Shown here piece after piece: positions 44,347 to 55,317 of a DNA stretch of 64,000 bases. The notes beneath the pieces were generated by a model. That model was given only the letters and a program-made list of their open reading frames with translations. It was not told the origin of the DNA and searched no databases. Made by a program: the position numbers and the translations under genes. The DNA comes from Candidatus Acidiferrales bacterium (GTDB lineage Bacteria; Acidobacteriota; Terriglobia; Acidiferrales; UBA7541), in the NCBI GenBank assembly GCA_035934015.1, contig DASYYH010000007.1, positions 1,750 to 65,749 on the forward strand, given 5' to 3'. Numbering within the stretch: the first letter of the stretch is position 1; each line of letters opens with the position of its first letter.

Positions 44347-45324
44347 TCAGATTCGTTCATAATGCCGTAACTGTTCGAGCGAAAAGGCTCGTTTCGATCG
44401 TTGCCCTCTCTTCATTAGATTCCGTATTTCTGCCAAGGACTTAATTCCGCCGCGCGCGCCCGCAGCCGTACAATTCAGAGCCGCCGCAGCGCAACTGAAC
44501 TCTAGCATTTCATCGAGCGGCCATGCGCGCAAGAGCCCATAGACAATTCCTGCATGGAACACGTCGCCAGCGCCGGTCGTGTCGATTGCCCTGGCCTTGA
44601 ATCCCCGGCAGTAGTGGAACCGTTGCCCATCCCATGCCACTGCGCCAAGGGCACCGAGAGTCGCTCCAGTGACTCTACAATGAAATCGGTCAGAGATAAC
44701 GCGAAGGCATTTGAGTAAATTCGAGTTTCTCATGAGACGAAGCGGGAAGCGTTCAGAAGCAAAGAGGTAATCCGTATGTTGAAGTAATTCTTTAAGTCCT
44801 GGATAGAGATTATCGACATCAGCTACAACGGGAATCGCAAACTTTCCTGCCCATTTTGCAGCGCGTGTTGCTGCTGCTGGGTCATGGCCATCCACCAAGA
44901 GAACTCGTGATCCTGAGATCCATTCACGCCGCAGATGACCAGGAAGTAGTTTGAGACGTGCGTCGCGCTGCCAGAGGATTGTTCGTTCACCGGTCGAACG
45001 ATCAAGGAGGATGAAAGATCGCTGGCTTGGGCAGCAAGGAATCTTGATAAAATGCGCCTCGATTTTCCGTCTGCGGAAGTCGTCGCGCTGTAGTTTTGAA
45101 ACCTCATCGTCGCCAACGGTCCCCACGTAACGTGCAGAGATCCCCCAGTTCCGGCACGCAGAAAGAGCCGTAGCGACTTGCCCGCCCAAATGAACGCGTG
45201 CGGAAACGAATTCTAGTTTCGAATTGAACTCCGGAAAGTGGGGCAGCTCAATGACTGTATCTGCCGCGTTTAGCCCCACTCCCACTACATCGACAATTAC
45301 AGAGCGCTGTTTTCGAACAAACAT
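44347..45324 (-). CDS. PfkB-family carbohydrate kinase
   Basis: N-terminal GxGxxA-type sheet and C-terminal DTTGAGDVFHAG anion-hole motif. Confidence 0.85.
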   Translation of the reverse strand: MFVRKQRSVIVDVVGVGLNAADTVIELPHFPEFNSKLEFVSARVHLGGQVATALSACRNWGISARYVGTVGDDEVSKLQRDDFRRRKIEAHFIKIPCCPSQRSFILLDRSTGERTILWQRDARLKLLPGHLRREWISGSRVLLVDGHDPAAATRAAKWAGKFAIPVVADVDNLYPGLKELLQHTDYLFASERFPLRLMRNSNLLKCLRVISDRFHCRVTGATLGALGAVAWDGQRFHYCRGFKARAIDTTGAGDVFHAGIVYGLLRAWPLDEMLEFSCAAAALNCTAAGARGGIKSLAEIRNLMKRGQRSKRAFSLEQLRHYERI

Positions 45325-45526
45325 GAAAAATTACTTTAATGAAATGAACGCGAAATGAAAAGCAGCGTTCTTGCGCGACGCATAAAATCGAACCGCAGAG
45401 TTCATTGGTGCTAGAATTTATTTTCCAGGGTTCGCTTGGATGGATTGCGTCGAGGGTGCGGCTATGGTAGAACGTTTAGTTTTGCTGCGTGCGGCCGCAG
45501 TTTGCTGATGCGCGCTCAAGGAAGAG

Positions 45527-45540
45527 GTCGGCGCGCCGAC
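45527..45540. repeat. 14-bp perfect palindrome GTCGGCGCGCCGAC, copy 1
   Basis: It ends 5 nt before the recO ATG (45546). An identical 14-mer is at 49461-49474. Confidence 0.9.
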
Positions 45541-45545
45541 ACGCC

Positions 45546-46289
45546 ATGCCAATCCATGAATCGGAAGCAATCATTTTGCATGGGTATCCGCTCGGAGAAG
45601 CGGATCGGCTCATCAGTTTTTTGAGCCGGACGATGGGCCGAGTTCGCGGCGTAGCGCCCGGTGCGCGAAGGCCCAAGAGCCGCTTCGGTTCCACGCTCGA
45701 ACTGATGTCGTATGTGCGCATCTGGTTCTTTGAACGCGAAACGCGCGACTTAACCAGGATCAATCAGTGCGAGTTGATTGAATCTTTTGTCAGCGCGTTC
45801 AAGGATTACGACGCCAGCATCGCTTTGACGCTGATGGCGGAAATTACGGAGTCCGTGCTGCCGGATCGGGAGCCGTCCGATCCTGCGTTCCGCCTACTGC
45901 TGCTCTCCGCGCAAAACGTCAAGCGGCGGGGGCAGGTTGCGCTGGCGCTGGCATATTTTGCTCTATGGACTGTGCGTTTGGCGGGCTGGCTCGGCTCCTT
46001 TGAGCTGTGCACGCGCTGCGGAAGGGAGCTGGCAGGCGCCGCGGCTTACACGAGCCCTGCGGTTTCCGGAATTCTCTGTGCAAATTGCCGCACCGCCGGC
46101 ATGAAGGCAATCTCTCCCACGGCTATGGCCGCAGCGCGCAGTATGTTGGGTGAAAGGTTGGATGCAATCAAATCTGACGCTTTTTCAAAGCCGGTCCTTC
46201 GTGAGCTAGCGAATTATTTGTTGGACATGATCGAATATCAAGCGGAGCGCAAGCTGATTTCTCGCGAAATGTGGGAGAGCAATTCTTGA
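45546..46289 (+). CDS. recO: DNA repair protein RecO
   Basis: [29 protein letters not shown]-fold N-terminus and the Cys pair CTRCG...CANC. Confidence 0.9.
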   Translation: MPIHESEAIILHGYPLGEADRLISFLSRTMGRVRGVAPGARRPKSRFGSTLELMSYVRIWFFERETRDLTRINQCELIESFVSAFKDYDASIALTLMAEITESVLPDREPSDPAFRLLLLSAQNVKRRGQVALALAYFALWTVRLAGWLGSFELCTRCGRELAGAAAYTSPAVSGILCANCRTAGMKAISPTAMAAARSMLGERLDAIKSDAFSKPVLRELANYLLDMIEYQAERKLISREMWESNS

Positions 46290-47308
46290 TGGCTGCAAAA
46301 TTGACAACGAAAAAAAACGCCGGTCGGCGGGAGACAAAGAAAAGCAGCACGCCCGAGCTACAAAGTCTGACGTTCCAGGACTTAATTTTCTCCTTGCAGA
46401 TTTACTGGTCGCGCCGCGGTTGCATCATCCAACAGCCTTACGACGTGGAAGTCGGCGCTGGTACGATGCACCCTGAGACCTTCTTTCGCGTTCTCGGACC
46501 TAATCCTTACCGCGTCGCTTATGTTCAGCCGAGCCGCCGCCCAGCGGATGGACGCTACGGAGAAAATCCCAACCGCCTGTACAAACACACACAACTTCAA
46601 GTGATACTTAAACCGCCGCCCGCTGATGTTCAGAATGTGTATCTCGAGAGTTTGCGCGCCATCGGAATTGACTTGAAGCATCACGATATTCGATTTGAAG
46701 AGGACAACTGGGAGTCGCCCACGCTCGGTGCTTGGGGCGTTGGATGGCAAGTCCTTCTCGACGGGCTAGAAATCACGCAGTTCACGTATTTCCAGCAGTC
46801 GGGAGGGATCGACCTGGATCCTGTGTCATGCGAGTTGACGTACGGTCTCGAGCGCATCACGGCATTCCTACAGAATGTGGATAGCATCTTCGACCTTCGA
46901 TGGTCCGAGAACATTAAATATGGCGATATTCGCTTGGCCGAAGAGGAGCAGTCCTCCACATATAGCTTCGAGTGGGCTGATCCGGGTCGTACACGCGAAC
47001 TTTTCGATCTTTATGAGCGCGAAGCGAGATCAATTCTGACTCATCACGCGGTGGCAAGTGAAGGGGCGCGCAAAAGACCGGTCCCGATTCTCGCCGCCTA
47101 TGATCTGTGCCTCAAATGCTCGCACCTTTTCAATATTCTCGACGCGCGGGGTGCGATCTCTACCACTGAACGTGCCGCTTTGATCGCCAGAGTGCGCGCG
47201 CTTACGTCTCGCGTCGCGAGCGAGTATTGCATCGCAAACGGATGGAGCGAGGCTGCGGGTTCCAGCGGCGCGGCGAAAGACGTCACGCCTGCACAGGAGC
47301 GCAAATGA
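46289..47308 (+). CDS. glyQ: Glycine--tRNA ligase alpha subunit
   Basis: [27 protein letters not shown] and [20 protein letters not shown]. The ATG overlaps the recO stop (TGATG). Confidence 0.95.
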   Translation: MAAKLTTKKNAGRRETKKSSTPELQSLTFQDLIFSLQIYWSRRGCIIQQPYDVEVGAGTMHPETFFRVLGPNPYRVAYVQPSRRPADGRYGENPNRLYKHTQLQVILKPPPADVQNVYLESLRAIGIDLKHHDIRFEEDNWESPTLGAWGVGWQVLLDGLEITQFTYFQQSGGIDLDPVSCELTYGLERITAFLQNVDSIFDLRWSENIKYGDIRLAEEEQSSTYSFEWADPGRTRELFDLYEREARSILTHHAVASEGARKRPVPILAAYDLCLKCSHLFNILDARGAISTTERAALIARVRALTSRVASEYCIANGWSEAAGSSGAAKDVTPAQERK

Positions 47309-49428
47309 AGGCGCGCGGCGAATTTATCTTTGAAGTTGGCTGCGAAGAAATTCCCGCGGCCCTTTTACCGCGCACAGCAGAGAATCTTCAGCAATTACTT
47401 GAGAAACATTTTTCTGTCTCTGGGATTTTTGCGAGTGCGCTGCGCGCCTATGCAGCGCCGCGGAGGATTGCAATTGTCTCTGATGCCGTCCTCCTTCAGC
47501 AAGCGGACGAAGCCAAAGAGATTCTCGGGCCGCCGAAATCGGTCGCGTTTGACAATGTCGGCCAGCCGACACGCGCTGCCGTGAGTTTCTCCGAAAAGCA
47601 GAAAATTCCTCTGGCGAAGCTTTATGTCACATCAACGCCTCGCGGCGAATATCTCGCCGCAAAGCAAATGATCCAGGGCCGCACAGCTTCGGCGATTCTT
47701 TCTGATCTCTTGCCACGCGCGCTGAATGAATTGCCGTTTCCCCGCGCAATGTATTGGATGGGCAGTAAGGACGTGAAATTTATTCGTCCGGTTCGTTGGA
47801 TCGTCGCGATTCTTGATGGCAAAGTTGTTCCGTTGAATTACGCCGGAGTTTCTGCAGGGAGGGCGACCGAGGGGCATCGCTTTCTGGGGAAGGCGAGAAT
47901 TCAGGTTCGAGGCCCGAGAGAGTATGTTCAAAGACTTAGCCGGAATTTTGTTCTCGTGGATCCTGAGGAGCGCAAGAAAAAAATCGAGCGTGAAGTCCGG
48001 GTACTCGCTACTAAGAATCGCTGGAAAGTGCATCAGGATGTGGGTTTATCCGAGCTCGTAACCTATCTCAACGAATATCCTACGGTGATTGCCGGGGACT
48101 TTGATCCTGCATATCTTGCTCTTCCATCAGAAATCTTGATTACCGTCATGCGCGACCATCAGAAATATTTCGCCGTTGAGAATCGCAGCGGAGACATCGC
48201 CCCTCATTTCCTGGCCGTGATCAATCTCGATCGTGACCGTGCAGGCTTGGTTCGCGCCGGTCACGAGCGCGTTTTGCGTGCGCGTCTGGCCGATGCGAAG
48301 TTTTTCTGGGAGTCCGATCAAAAACGTCGGCTCGCCGACTATTCCCCCAAACTCGCGCACATCACTTTCGAGTCGCGTCTCGGCGGTTACTTGGATAAGA
48401 CGCATCGCATTCGCGAACTCGCGCGCTGGGTCGCTGGCCACTGGTTCGATTCTGGAATTCACGGCGCCGATCTGCCCGCAACGGACCGCGCGGCTGAGCT
48501 GGCAAAATGTGATCTGGCAACGGAGATGGTTCGCGAGTTCACCGAGCTGCAGGGAATTGTCGGTGGGTTGTACGCCCGAGCGCAGGGTGAAGACGAGGTA
48601 GTTGCCTGGGCGATTTATGATCATTACAAACCTGCGGGTGCCGAGGATTTAATTCCCCGAAATCTGGCCGGCTGCGCGGTGTCCATCGCTGACAAACTGG
48701 ATTCACTCGTCGCATGCTTCGCTGTGGGAATTATCCCCTCGGGATCAAGCGACCCGTTTGGCCTGCGCCGTGCGGCTGCGGGAATAGTTCAGATTTTACT
48801 TGAACTCAAACTACCGCTTTCTCTCTCGGCTGCCATCTCGTCCGCGTCAAAAGCGTTGGCAGTCCACAAACCAAAAATCACGGTTGCTCCGGAGGCGGAG
48901 GCGAAAGTTTTGGATTTTATCCTCGACCGCGCAAAATATCTCCTGCGTGAAAAGCAATTGTTTGCCTATGACGAGGTCAATGCCGCAATGGCTGCTGGGG
49001 CCGATGATCTGGTTGACGTACGAAGCCGCATCATTGCGTTGAAAGCCATCCGCAATTCGGAGAACTTCGCGCCTTTGGCGATTGCCTTCAAACGCATTCG
49101 GAAGATTTTGGAAAAGGCTGGGTTGAAAGATCAAAAATCAGATGGCCCGAAGGAATCGCTGTTTCAGGAGCGAGCGGAGCGTGAACTGTATCGTGAGGCG
49201 CAAGTCCTTGGTGAGCGTGCAGGGAGCTTCAAGCGCGCCGGGAAATATAAAGAAGCACTTGAAGCGATCTCCGATCTTCGTCCATCTGTCGATCGGTTTT
49301 TTGAGGATGTTCTGGTGATGGCCGAAGATCAAGAGTTGCGGAAGAATCGCTTGGCATTATTGAGCGGACTCCTCAAGGAATTTTCGACGATTGCCGATTT
49401 TGCGGAGATGGTCGCAGAAGAGAAATAA
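47305..49428 (+). CDS. glyS: Glycine--tRNA ligase beta subunit
   Basis: [19 protein letters not shown]-terminus. The ATGA overlap with the glyQ stop and the roughly 707-aa length are typical of GlyS. Confidence 0.95.
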   Translation: MKARGEFIFEVGCEEIPAALLPRTAENLQQLLEKHFSVSGIFASALRAYAAPRRIAIVSDAVLLQQADEAKEILGPPKSVAFDNVGQPTRAAVSFSEKQKIPLAKLYVTSTPRGEYLAAKQMIQGRTASAILSDLLPRALNELPFPRAMYWMGSKDVKFIRPVRWIVAILDGKVVPLNYAGVSAGRATEGHRFLGKARIQVRGPREYVQRLSRNFVLVDPEERKKKIEREVRVLATKNRWKVHQDVGLSELVTYLNEYPTVIAGDFDPAYLALPSEILITVMRDHQKYFAVENRSGDIAPHFLAVINLDRDRAGLVRAGHERVLRARLADAKFFWESDQKRRLADYSPKLAHITFESRLGGYLDKTHRIRELARWVAGHWFDSGIHGADLPATDRAAELAKCDLATEMVREFTELQGIVGGLYARAQGEDEVVAWAIYDHYKPAGAEDLIPRNLAGCAVSIADKLDSLVACFAVGIIPSGSSDPFGLRRAAAGIVQILLELKLPLSLSAAISSASKALAVHKPKITVAPEAEAKVLDFILDRAKYLLREKQLFAYDEVNAAMAAGADDLVDVRSRIIALKAIRNSENFAPLAIAFKRIRKILEKAGLKDQKSDGPKESLFQERAERELYREAQVLGERAGSFKRAGKYKEALEAISDLRPSVDRFFEDVLVMAEDQELRKNRLALLSGLLKEFSTIADFAEMVAEEK

Positions 49429-49460
49429 TCGCAGTCAAAAATTTATGGATAGCCGGCCGT

Positions 49461-49474
49461 GTCGGCGCGCCGAC
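49461..49474. repeat. 14-bp perfect palindrome GTCGGCGCGCCGAC, copy 2 (16 bp with flanks: TGTCGGCGCGCCGACA)
   Basis: It ends 4 nt before ATG 49479, at the head of the ppdK ORF. Confidence 0.9.
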
Positions 49475-49526
49475 AAACATGAAATTGGATTTGTCGCGGC
49501 TCCAGCGTGGCCAGAGACGAGGGTCA

Positions 49527-52235
49527 GTGAAATACGTTTATTTTTTCGGGGCAAAGAAAGCAGAAGGTAACGGACAAATGAAGGATATCCTCGGCGGCAA
49601 AGGTGCCGGTCTCGCCGAGATGACGCGTATCGGCCTGCCCGTTCCGGCGGGTTTCACCATTTCGACGGTCGCATGCGACTATTTCTTGAAGCATGACCGC
49701 AAACATCCCAGGGAACTGGCTGCACAGGTAAAGACGAATGTGGTGCGGCTCGAGAAAATCACCGGCAAAAAACTTGGCGACGCGAAAGATCCGCTCCTTG
49801 TGAGCGTGCGCTCTGGCTCGGCGCGATCCATGCCGGGCATGATGGAAACGATTTTGAACTTGGGTCTGAACTCTCGTTCGGTCGTCGGCCTCGCCGAGAG
49901 GACAGGCAATCCGCGATTTGCTTATGATGCCTACCGTCGCTTTGTGCAGATGTACTCATCCGTTGTGATCGGATTGCCCAAAGAAGAGCTCGAAGCCAAG
50001 TTGCGAGACTTAAAGTTGCGCTTGAAGGTGAAAGACGATACGCAAGTCTCTGCAGAAGGCTGGAAAGAACTCGTCGCGGCCTACAAACAATATTTCAAAG
50101 AAAAGACAGGCAAGGAGTTTCCTGAAGATCCGCAGGAGCAGCTCTGGGGAGCAATCGCCGCAGTTTTTGAATCATGGATGGGCGAAAAGGCGGTCACATA
50201 TCGTCGCGTCGAAAAAATCACCGGTCTACTCGGTACGGCCGTGAACGTAGTTCAGATGGTTTTTGGCAATAGCGGCGACAACTCCGGAACAGGCGTGTGC
50301 TTCACGCGCGATCCTTCCACGGGCGAGAAAGATTTTTTCGGCGACTTCTTGATCAATGCACAGGGAGAGGACGTTGTGGCGGGGATTCGCACGCCCATGC
50401 ACCTCAGCGAAATGTCCAAGCTCATGCCCAAGGTGTACAAGCAGCTTGAACAGGTTCGCCAAACGCTCGAACGTCATTATCGAGATATGCAGGACCTCGA
50501 ATTCACCGTCGAGGACGGCAAGCTATATATGTTGCAAACGCGTACGGGGAAGCGCTCGCCGGCGGCCACTTTCCGCATCGCTATGGATATGGCCAATGAA
50601 GGCCTAATCTTGCGCGAGGAAGCCATCCAGCGCATCCAGCCGGAAGATATTGAGCGGCTTTTTTATCCCGTGATCGCTTCCAACGCAGCGAAGGATGACC
50701 TCGCTAAGCGCAAATTGGCCACCGGCGTAAATGCTGTTCCGGGCGCAGCGACCGGGAAGGCAGTTTTCACAGCGCATGAAGCGGAGGATTGGAATGCGCG
50801 AGGCGAAAAAGTGATTTTGGTTCGTCGTGAAACAAGCCCTGAAGACGTGGGTGGCATGAATGCCGCGCAGGGAATTCTGACGGCCACTGGCGGCAAAACA
50901 AGTCACGCTGCGGTTGTGGCGCGCGGTTGGGGAAAATGCTGCGTCGTGGGGTGTGAAGCTTTGGACATCGATTATTCCAAGAAACAGATGCGCGTCGGCG
51001 GACGCGTCATTGCTCAGGGAGATTGGATCACCATCGACGGGAATGAGGGTATTGTTTACGAAGGCCAGGTTCCTCTAGCGCGTCCTGAGGCTCCGAAGGC
51101 GTATGCCATCGTGATGGGGTGGGCCGACGCCGTTCGCAAGCTTGGGGTGCGCACCAATGCCGATACGCCTTTTGACGCCCGGCGCGCGCGGGAGATGGGC
51201 GCTGAAGGGATTGGCCTTTGCCGCACGGAACACATGTTCTTCAAGGATTTCGAGCAGCCGGAGAAGAGCGTCGAACGCCAGTTGGCCATCCAGGAAATGA
51301 TCTTGGCTGATACGAAAGAGGCTCGTCAGCGCGCTCTCGATAAACTGCTGCCATTTCAGCGTCGCGATTTCATCGGAATTTTCGAAGCCATGGACGGATT
51401 TCCCGTCACGATCCGCCTTATCGACCCGCCACTGCATGAATTTGTGCCCCATGAGCGCCCCAAGCAGGAAGAACTGGCCAAGAAGATCGGCGTACCAGTG
51501 GAAACGGTGGTCCGGCGCGTGGCTCAGCTTCACGAAGCGAACCCCATGCTCGGTCATCGCGGCTGCCGCTTGTGTATCACGTACCCCGAAATTCTAGTCA
51601 TGCAGGTGACAGCCATCATCGAAGCGGCCATCGAATGTCAGAAGAAGGGAATTAAAGTATCTCCTGAAATCATGCATCCGCTCACGATGGATAAGAAAGA
51701 ATTGAAAATTCTGGAAGTCGAAACGCGGAACGTTGCCGATGCGGTCATCGCAAAACATAAAGTAAAACTTAACTATCTCGTTGGCACGATGATCGAACTT
51801 CCGCGCGCAGCTCTGCTCGCGGACCAGATTGCTGAAGTCGCCGAGTTCTTCTCTTTCGGCACGAACGACCTTACGCAGACCACCATGGGTCTTTCGCGCG
51901 ATGATGCCGGCCGCTTTTTGCCGGAATATGTCGACGAGAAAAAGGCGGCTATATTCGCCGCTGATCCGTTCCAGACCCTCGACCAATCGGGTGTCGGGAT
52001 GCTGATCCGATGGGCCATCGAACGCGGACGTGAGACACGGCCGAAGCTGAAGGTCGGAATCTGCGGCGAGCATGGCGGAGACGCGGCAAGCGTGAAGTTC
52101 TGCCACAAGGTCGGAATGAATTACGTAAGTGCTTCGCCTTTCCGAGTACCGATCTCCCGTTTGGCCGCTGCCCAGGTGGTGATTGAGGAAAAAGCGGCGA
52201 AGAAAAGCGGAAAACATAAGAGAGCGCGCGCCTGA
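49527..52235 (+). CDS. ppdK: Pyruvate, phosphate dikinase
   Basis: GGKGAGLAEM, phospho-His loop GGKTSHAAVVARG, FSFGTNDLTQ and CGEHGGD. GTG 49527 (VKYVYFFG, SD gaggg) is preferred. ATG 49479 is an alternative start. Confidence 0.9.
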   Translation: MKYVYFFGAKKAEGNGQMKDILGGKGAGLAEMTRIGLPVPAGFTISTVACDYFLKHDRKHPRELAAQVKTNVVRLEKITGKKLGDAKDPLLVSVRSGSARSMPGMMETILNLGLNSRSVVGLAERTGNPRFAYDAYRRFVQMYSSVVIGLPKEELEAKLRDLKLRLKVKDDTQVSAEGWKELVAAYKQYFKEKTGKEFPEDPQEQLWGAIAAVFESWMGEKAVTYRRVEKITGLLGTAVNVVQMVFGNSGDNSGTGVCFTRDPSTGEKDFFGDFLINAQGEDVVAGIRTPMHLSEMSKLMPKVYKQLEQVRQTLERHYRDMQDLEFTVEDGKLYMLQTRTGKRSPAATFRIAMDMANEGLILREEAIQRIQPEDIERLFYPVIASNAAKDDLAKRKLATGVNAVPGAATGKAVFTAHEAEDWNARGEKVILVRRETSPEDVGGMNAAQGILTATGGKTSHAAVVARGWGKCCVVGCEALDIDYSKKQMRVGGRVIAQGDWITIDGNEGIVYEGQVPLARPEAPKAYAIVMGWADAVRKLGVRTNADTPFDARRAREMGAEGIGLCRTEHMFFKDFEQPEKSVERQLAIQEMILADTKEARQRALDKLLPFQRRDFIGIFEAMDGFPVTIRLIDPPLHEFVPHERPKQEELAKKIGVPVETVVRRVAQLHEANPMLGHRGCRLCITYPEILVMQVTAIIEAAIECQKKGIKVSPEIMHPLTMDKKELKILEVETRNVADAVIAKHKVKLNYLVGTMIELPRAALLADQIAEVAEFFSFGTNDLTQTTMGLSRDDAGRFLPEYVDEKKAAIFAADPFQTLDQSGVGMLIRWAIERGRETRPKLKVGICGEHGGDAASVKFCHKVGMNYVSASPFRVPISRLAAAQVVIEEKAAKKSGKHKRARA

Positions 52236-52858
52236 TGAGCTCTAGGCCGTTCGTTATTGGCATCTGCGGGGGAACCGGTTCTGGTAAAACGACGATCACA
52301 AACCGGTTGTCGCAGGCGCTTTCCGCGAGCGGCGTTCTCGTCCTGCAGCAGGACCACTATTATCGCGATCTTCAAAATCTGACATTGGAAGAGCGTTCGC
52401 GGCAGAATTTCGACCATCCCAATGCCATTGATACTGCGCTGTTCGTCGAGCACGTCCGCAAATTGCGCGATGGCCAGTCGATTGACCGGCCCATTTATGA
52501 TTTCACGCAGCACCGCAGACTGCCTGAGACAGTCCGATTGGAGACGCAGCCCGCCATCCTGATCGAAGGTATTTTGATTTTTGAAATCGAGGCTCTGCGG
52601 AAATTGATGGACCTGAAGATTTTCGTCGATACCGATGCCGATTTGCGCCTGATTCGCCGGCTCGTCCGCGACATTCGAGATCGTGGCAGAACGCTCGAAT
52701 CCGTCGTCGAGCAATATCAAAAAACCGTGCGTCCCATGCATCTCGAATTCGTCGAGCCTAGCAAACGCTATGCCGACGTCATCATCCCCGAGGGCGGCCA
52801 TAACGAGGCAGGAGTAGATCTTGTCATCCAGAAAGTCCGTTCGCTGATGGCGAAATAG
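52235..52858 (+). CDS. udk: Uridine kinase
   Basis: P-loop GICGGTGSGKTT and DHPNAID. The ATG overlaps the ppdK stop. Confidence 0.9.
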   Translation: MSSRPFVIGICGGTGSGKTTITNRLSQALSASGVLVLQQDHYYRDLQNLTLEERSRQNFDHPNAIDTALFVEHVRKLRDGQSIDRPIYDFTQHRRLPETVRLETQPAILIEGILIFEIEALRKLMDLKIFVDTDADLRLIRRLVRDIRDRGRTLESVVEQYQKTVRPMHLEFVEPSKRYADVIIPEGGHNEAGVDLVIQKVRSLMAK

Positions 52859-52896
52859 ATTTCGCTCGCCCGAGGAGCTTTCGGCCGCCAGTGCAC

Positions 52897-55260
52897 TTAC
52901 GTTGGCATCTTCAGGAAGAAGTAAAGCCCAACGAATGCAAAGATCGCATCCGGCGCCCATCCCGCGACCAGCGGCGGTAATTGCCCTACGGCGCCCATCG
53001 CCTCAAACAACGCCGCCGCTGCCCAATAAACGATTCCAATTCCCACCGCAAGCGCCAGGCCTCCCGTAGCTCCGCGCGTCCCTACCAGAAATGCAAACGG
53101 AATTGCGACGAACATGATGATCGGCGTAATCAGCGGAAACGCAAATTTCTTATGCCATTCCACCGACAATCGCGCCGTGTCAAACCCAGCCTTGTGCAAG
53201 CTGCGAATGTAATTTCCCAACTGGCTCCAATTCATCTGGTAATACTGAAAAACTTCGCGCTTGAAATACGTGGGCGGTTCCGAAATGTCCGGCAGGGAAT
53301 CGACACGAAAGGGCGTGTAGGCGCTCACCGTTGAATTATTGAACTCTCGAATCCAGCCGCTCTCCAGGACCCACGTCTTCAGCGTCGGTTCCCATTTAGC
53401 TCGCTGTGCGAAAATGCGCTGGCGCACTTGAAATGTCGTGGGATCGAGTTCAAACACATTCAACCCGCCGAAAAGGTTATTGTCAGGGTCGAAGAATTGG
53501 TAATTATAAATGTCGTTGTGTTCGCCAAAGATCCATTGGTGTGCCGGCTGGAAATAGGTTTGCGCCGGGCGGCCCTTGATCTGATCGTGAAGAGCGTCCT
53601 GCCGCTGATTTGCGTATGGAAGAAATGTGTCATCGAGCAGGAACATGCACGCGGTCAACAGCAGGCCAGTAAGCAACAGGGGTATCGCCAGCCGGAACAT
53701 GCTCACGCCGGAGGCCTTGCAAGCCGTCACTTCGTTGTTCTTCGCCATCAGTCCAAGCGTCACGAGCGTGGCCACGAGCGCGGCCAGAGGCAGGAGTTGA
53801 TAGACCATCATCGGCAAAAGATGGAAAAAATAATCCATCACGATGAAAACGGCGATGTGATTGCGCGCGATGTCGCCGAGTAGGTCAAATAACGTGAAGG
53901 CGTCGAACAAGACCATAAAGCCGGCCAGCATCACCACCAGCCAGAAAAAAAACGTGCGAAGGACGTAGAGATCGAGGATCAATGGAAACGCGCCGGTGGA
54001 ATAGTTCATCCGATCTCGCGCGTCCTGTCGCTTTTCAAGGCGTCCATTGGACGTTACGCTGGCCGTCGCCGCCGAGCTCTTTTCCGCTGCCGCGAACACG
54101 GAAGGGCCAGCTTGCTTTCGCGCTCTGTGCGGCAAAATTCTTCTCACGTGCTCCAGCCATCGCGCTTCGGGTCGAATCTGCTCGATGCGCCGGAAAAACC
54201 AAATGGCAACCAAAAGAGTGGCAATGTTCGGCGCCCAAACGCCGAGGAACGGCGATATCGAACCTTGCTGCGCGAAATGCACGCCTGCAACGAAGACAAG
54301 GTAGTAGGCGCAGATCAGTAAAATCGTCACAATGAAACCGCTGGCGCGCCCGCCGCGTCGTGGCCGCACTCCCACGGGGATTCCGAGTAGTGCAAAAAAC
54401 AGACATGCAGCCGGAAACGCAAGCCGCTGCTGCAACTCCACGCGCGCATCTCGCCGGGCGGCTCCCTTAGCGACGAGCAGGTCGTGCAGCGATTGCTCTC
54501 TGATGGATAGGCTTCGCGCGCCTTGCGACGTCGCGGCCGGCGAGGTGAGCGGCAGGTCCGTCGCTTGTTCCGCAGAAGTCGAAAGGTCGTAGCGCTCGGG
54601 ATCATCCGGATCGTATTCGTGTGTGGAAACGTCATCAAAGTGCAGTGTGAGCTTGCCCTGCTTGGAATCGGCGACTACAATGGCGTCCTTTGCCAGGGTC
54701 ACCTTCGAGCCCGCTGAGGAATTTGACTCCGCCACGAAGACGCCGCGCCATTGTGCGCCGGAAGCGCTGACGTCCCGAACGTACAGAACGTAGTGGGGAA
54801 AGCGTTCGTCGAAAACGCGCGGCTGAATGGCGAGCGATGCTTGCGAGGTTCGAAGCTGATATTCGAGCGTGCGCAATTTTTGCAGGGAAAGCGGCCCGAG
54901 CCAAAGTGTGATCGCGAAACTGACAATCGTCGTCGCCAGCGCCACTGCGCCGATCGGCACCAGCAACCGCCGCAGTCCCACGCCGCTGGCATTTAGCGCT
55001 ACGATTTCGCTATCGGCGGAAAATCTTCCGAGTCCGATCAGTACGCCGACCAGCATGGACATCGGCAGCGTAAAAATCAGGACCGGCGGCAGCGAGCAGA
55101 GAAACAGAGTGATGGTTTGTCCCGCCGTGCCTGCGTGCTGCACAATCAATCCCATCAATTGCACAAGCTGTGGCACGAAAAAAACGAATGTGAAAACGGC
55201 CAGCCCCAGCAAGGCGTGCGAGACGACTTCACGGCTAATGTATCGATCGAGGATGCGCAT
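52897..55260 (-). CDS. LptF-LptG (YjgP/YjgQ permease) modules in one continuous reading frame
   Basis: ATG 55260 gives MRILDRYISREV (LptF-type start). A second module starts at MNYSTGAFPLILDLYVLRTFF (ATG 54009) with no intervening stop codon. Each half has the 3TM + periplasmic domain + 3TM layout. Confidence 0.75.
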   Translation of the reverse strand: MRILDRYISREVVSHALLGLAVFTFVFFVPQLVQLMGLIVQHAGTAGQTITLFLCSLPPVLIFTLPMSMLVGVLIGLGRFSADSEIVALNASGVGLRRLLVPIGAVALATTIVSFAITLWLGPLSLQKLRTLEYQLRTSQASLAIQPRVFDERFPHYVLYVRDVSASGAQWRGVFVAESNSSAGSKVTLAKDAIVVADSKQGKLTLHFDDVSTHEYDPDDPERYDLSTSAEQATDLPLTSPAATSQGARSLSIREQSLHDLLVAKGAARRDARVELQQRLAFPAACLFFALLGIPVGVRPRRGGRASGFIVTILLICAYYLVFVAGVHFAQQGSISPFLGVWAPNIATLLVAIWFFRRIEQIRPEARWLEHVRRILPHRARKQAGPSVFAAAEKSSAATASVTSNGRLEKRQDARDRMNYSTGAFPLILDLYVLRTFFFWLVVMLAGFMVLFDAFTLFDLLGDIARNHIAVFIVMDYFFHLLPMMVYQLLPLAALVATLVTLGLMAKNNEVTACKASGVSMFRLAIPLLLTGLLLTACMFLLDDTFLPYANQRQDALHDQIKGRPAQTYFQPAHQWIFGEHNDIYNYQFFDPDNNLFGGLNVFELDPTTFQVRQRIFAQRAKWEPTLKTWVLESGWIREFNNSTVSAYTPFRVDSLPDISEPPTYFKREVFQYYQMNWSQLGNYIRSLHKAGFDTARLSVEWHKKFAFPLITPIIMFVAIPFAFLVGTRGATGGLALAVGIGIVYWAAAALFEAMGAVGQLPPLVAGWAPDAIFAFVGLYFFLKMPT

Positions 55261-55317
55261 CGGTGCGCGGGGCCATTCTAGCACGAGCGGCCGGACGGCA
55301 TTGGAAAGACATCTCGC

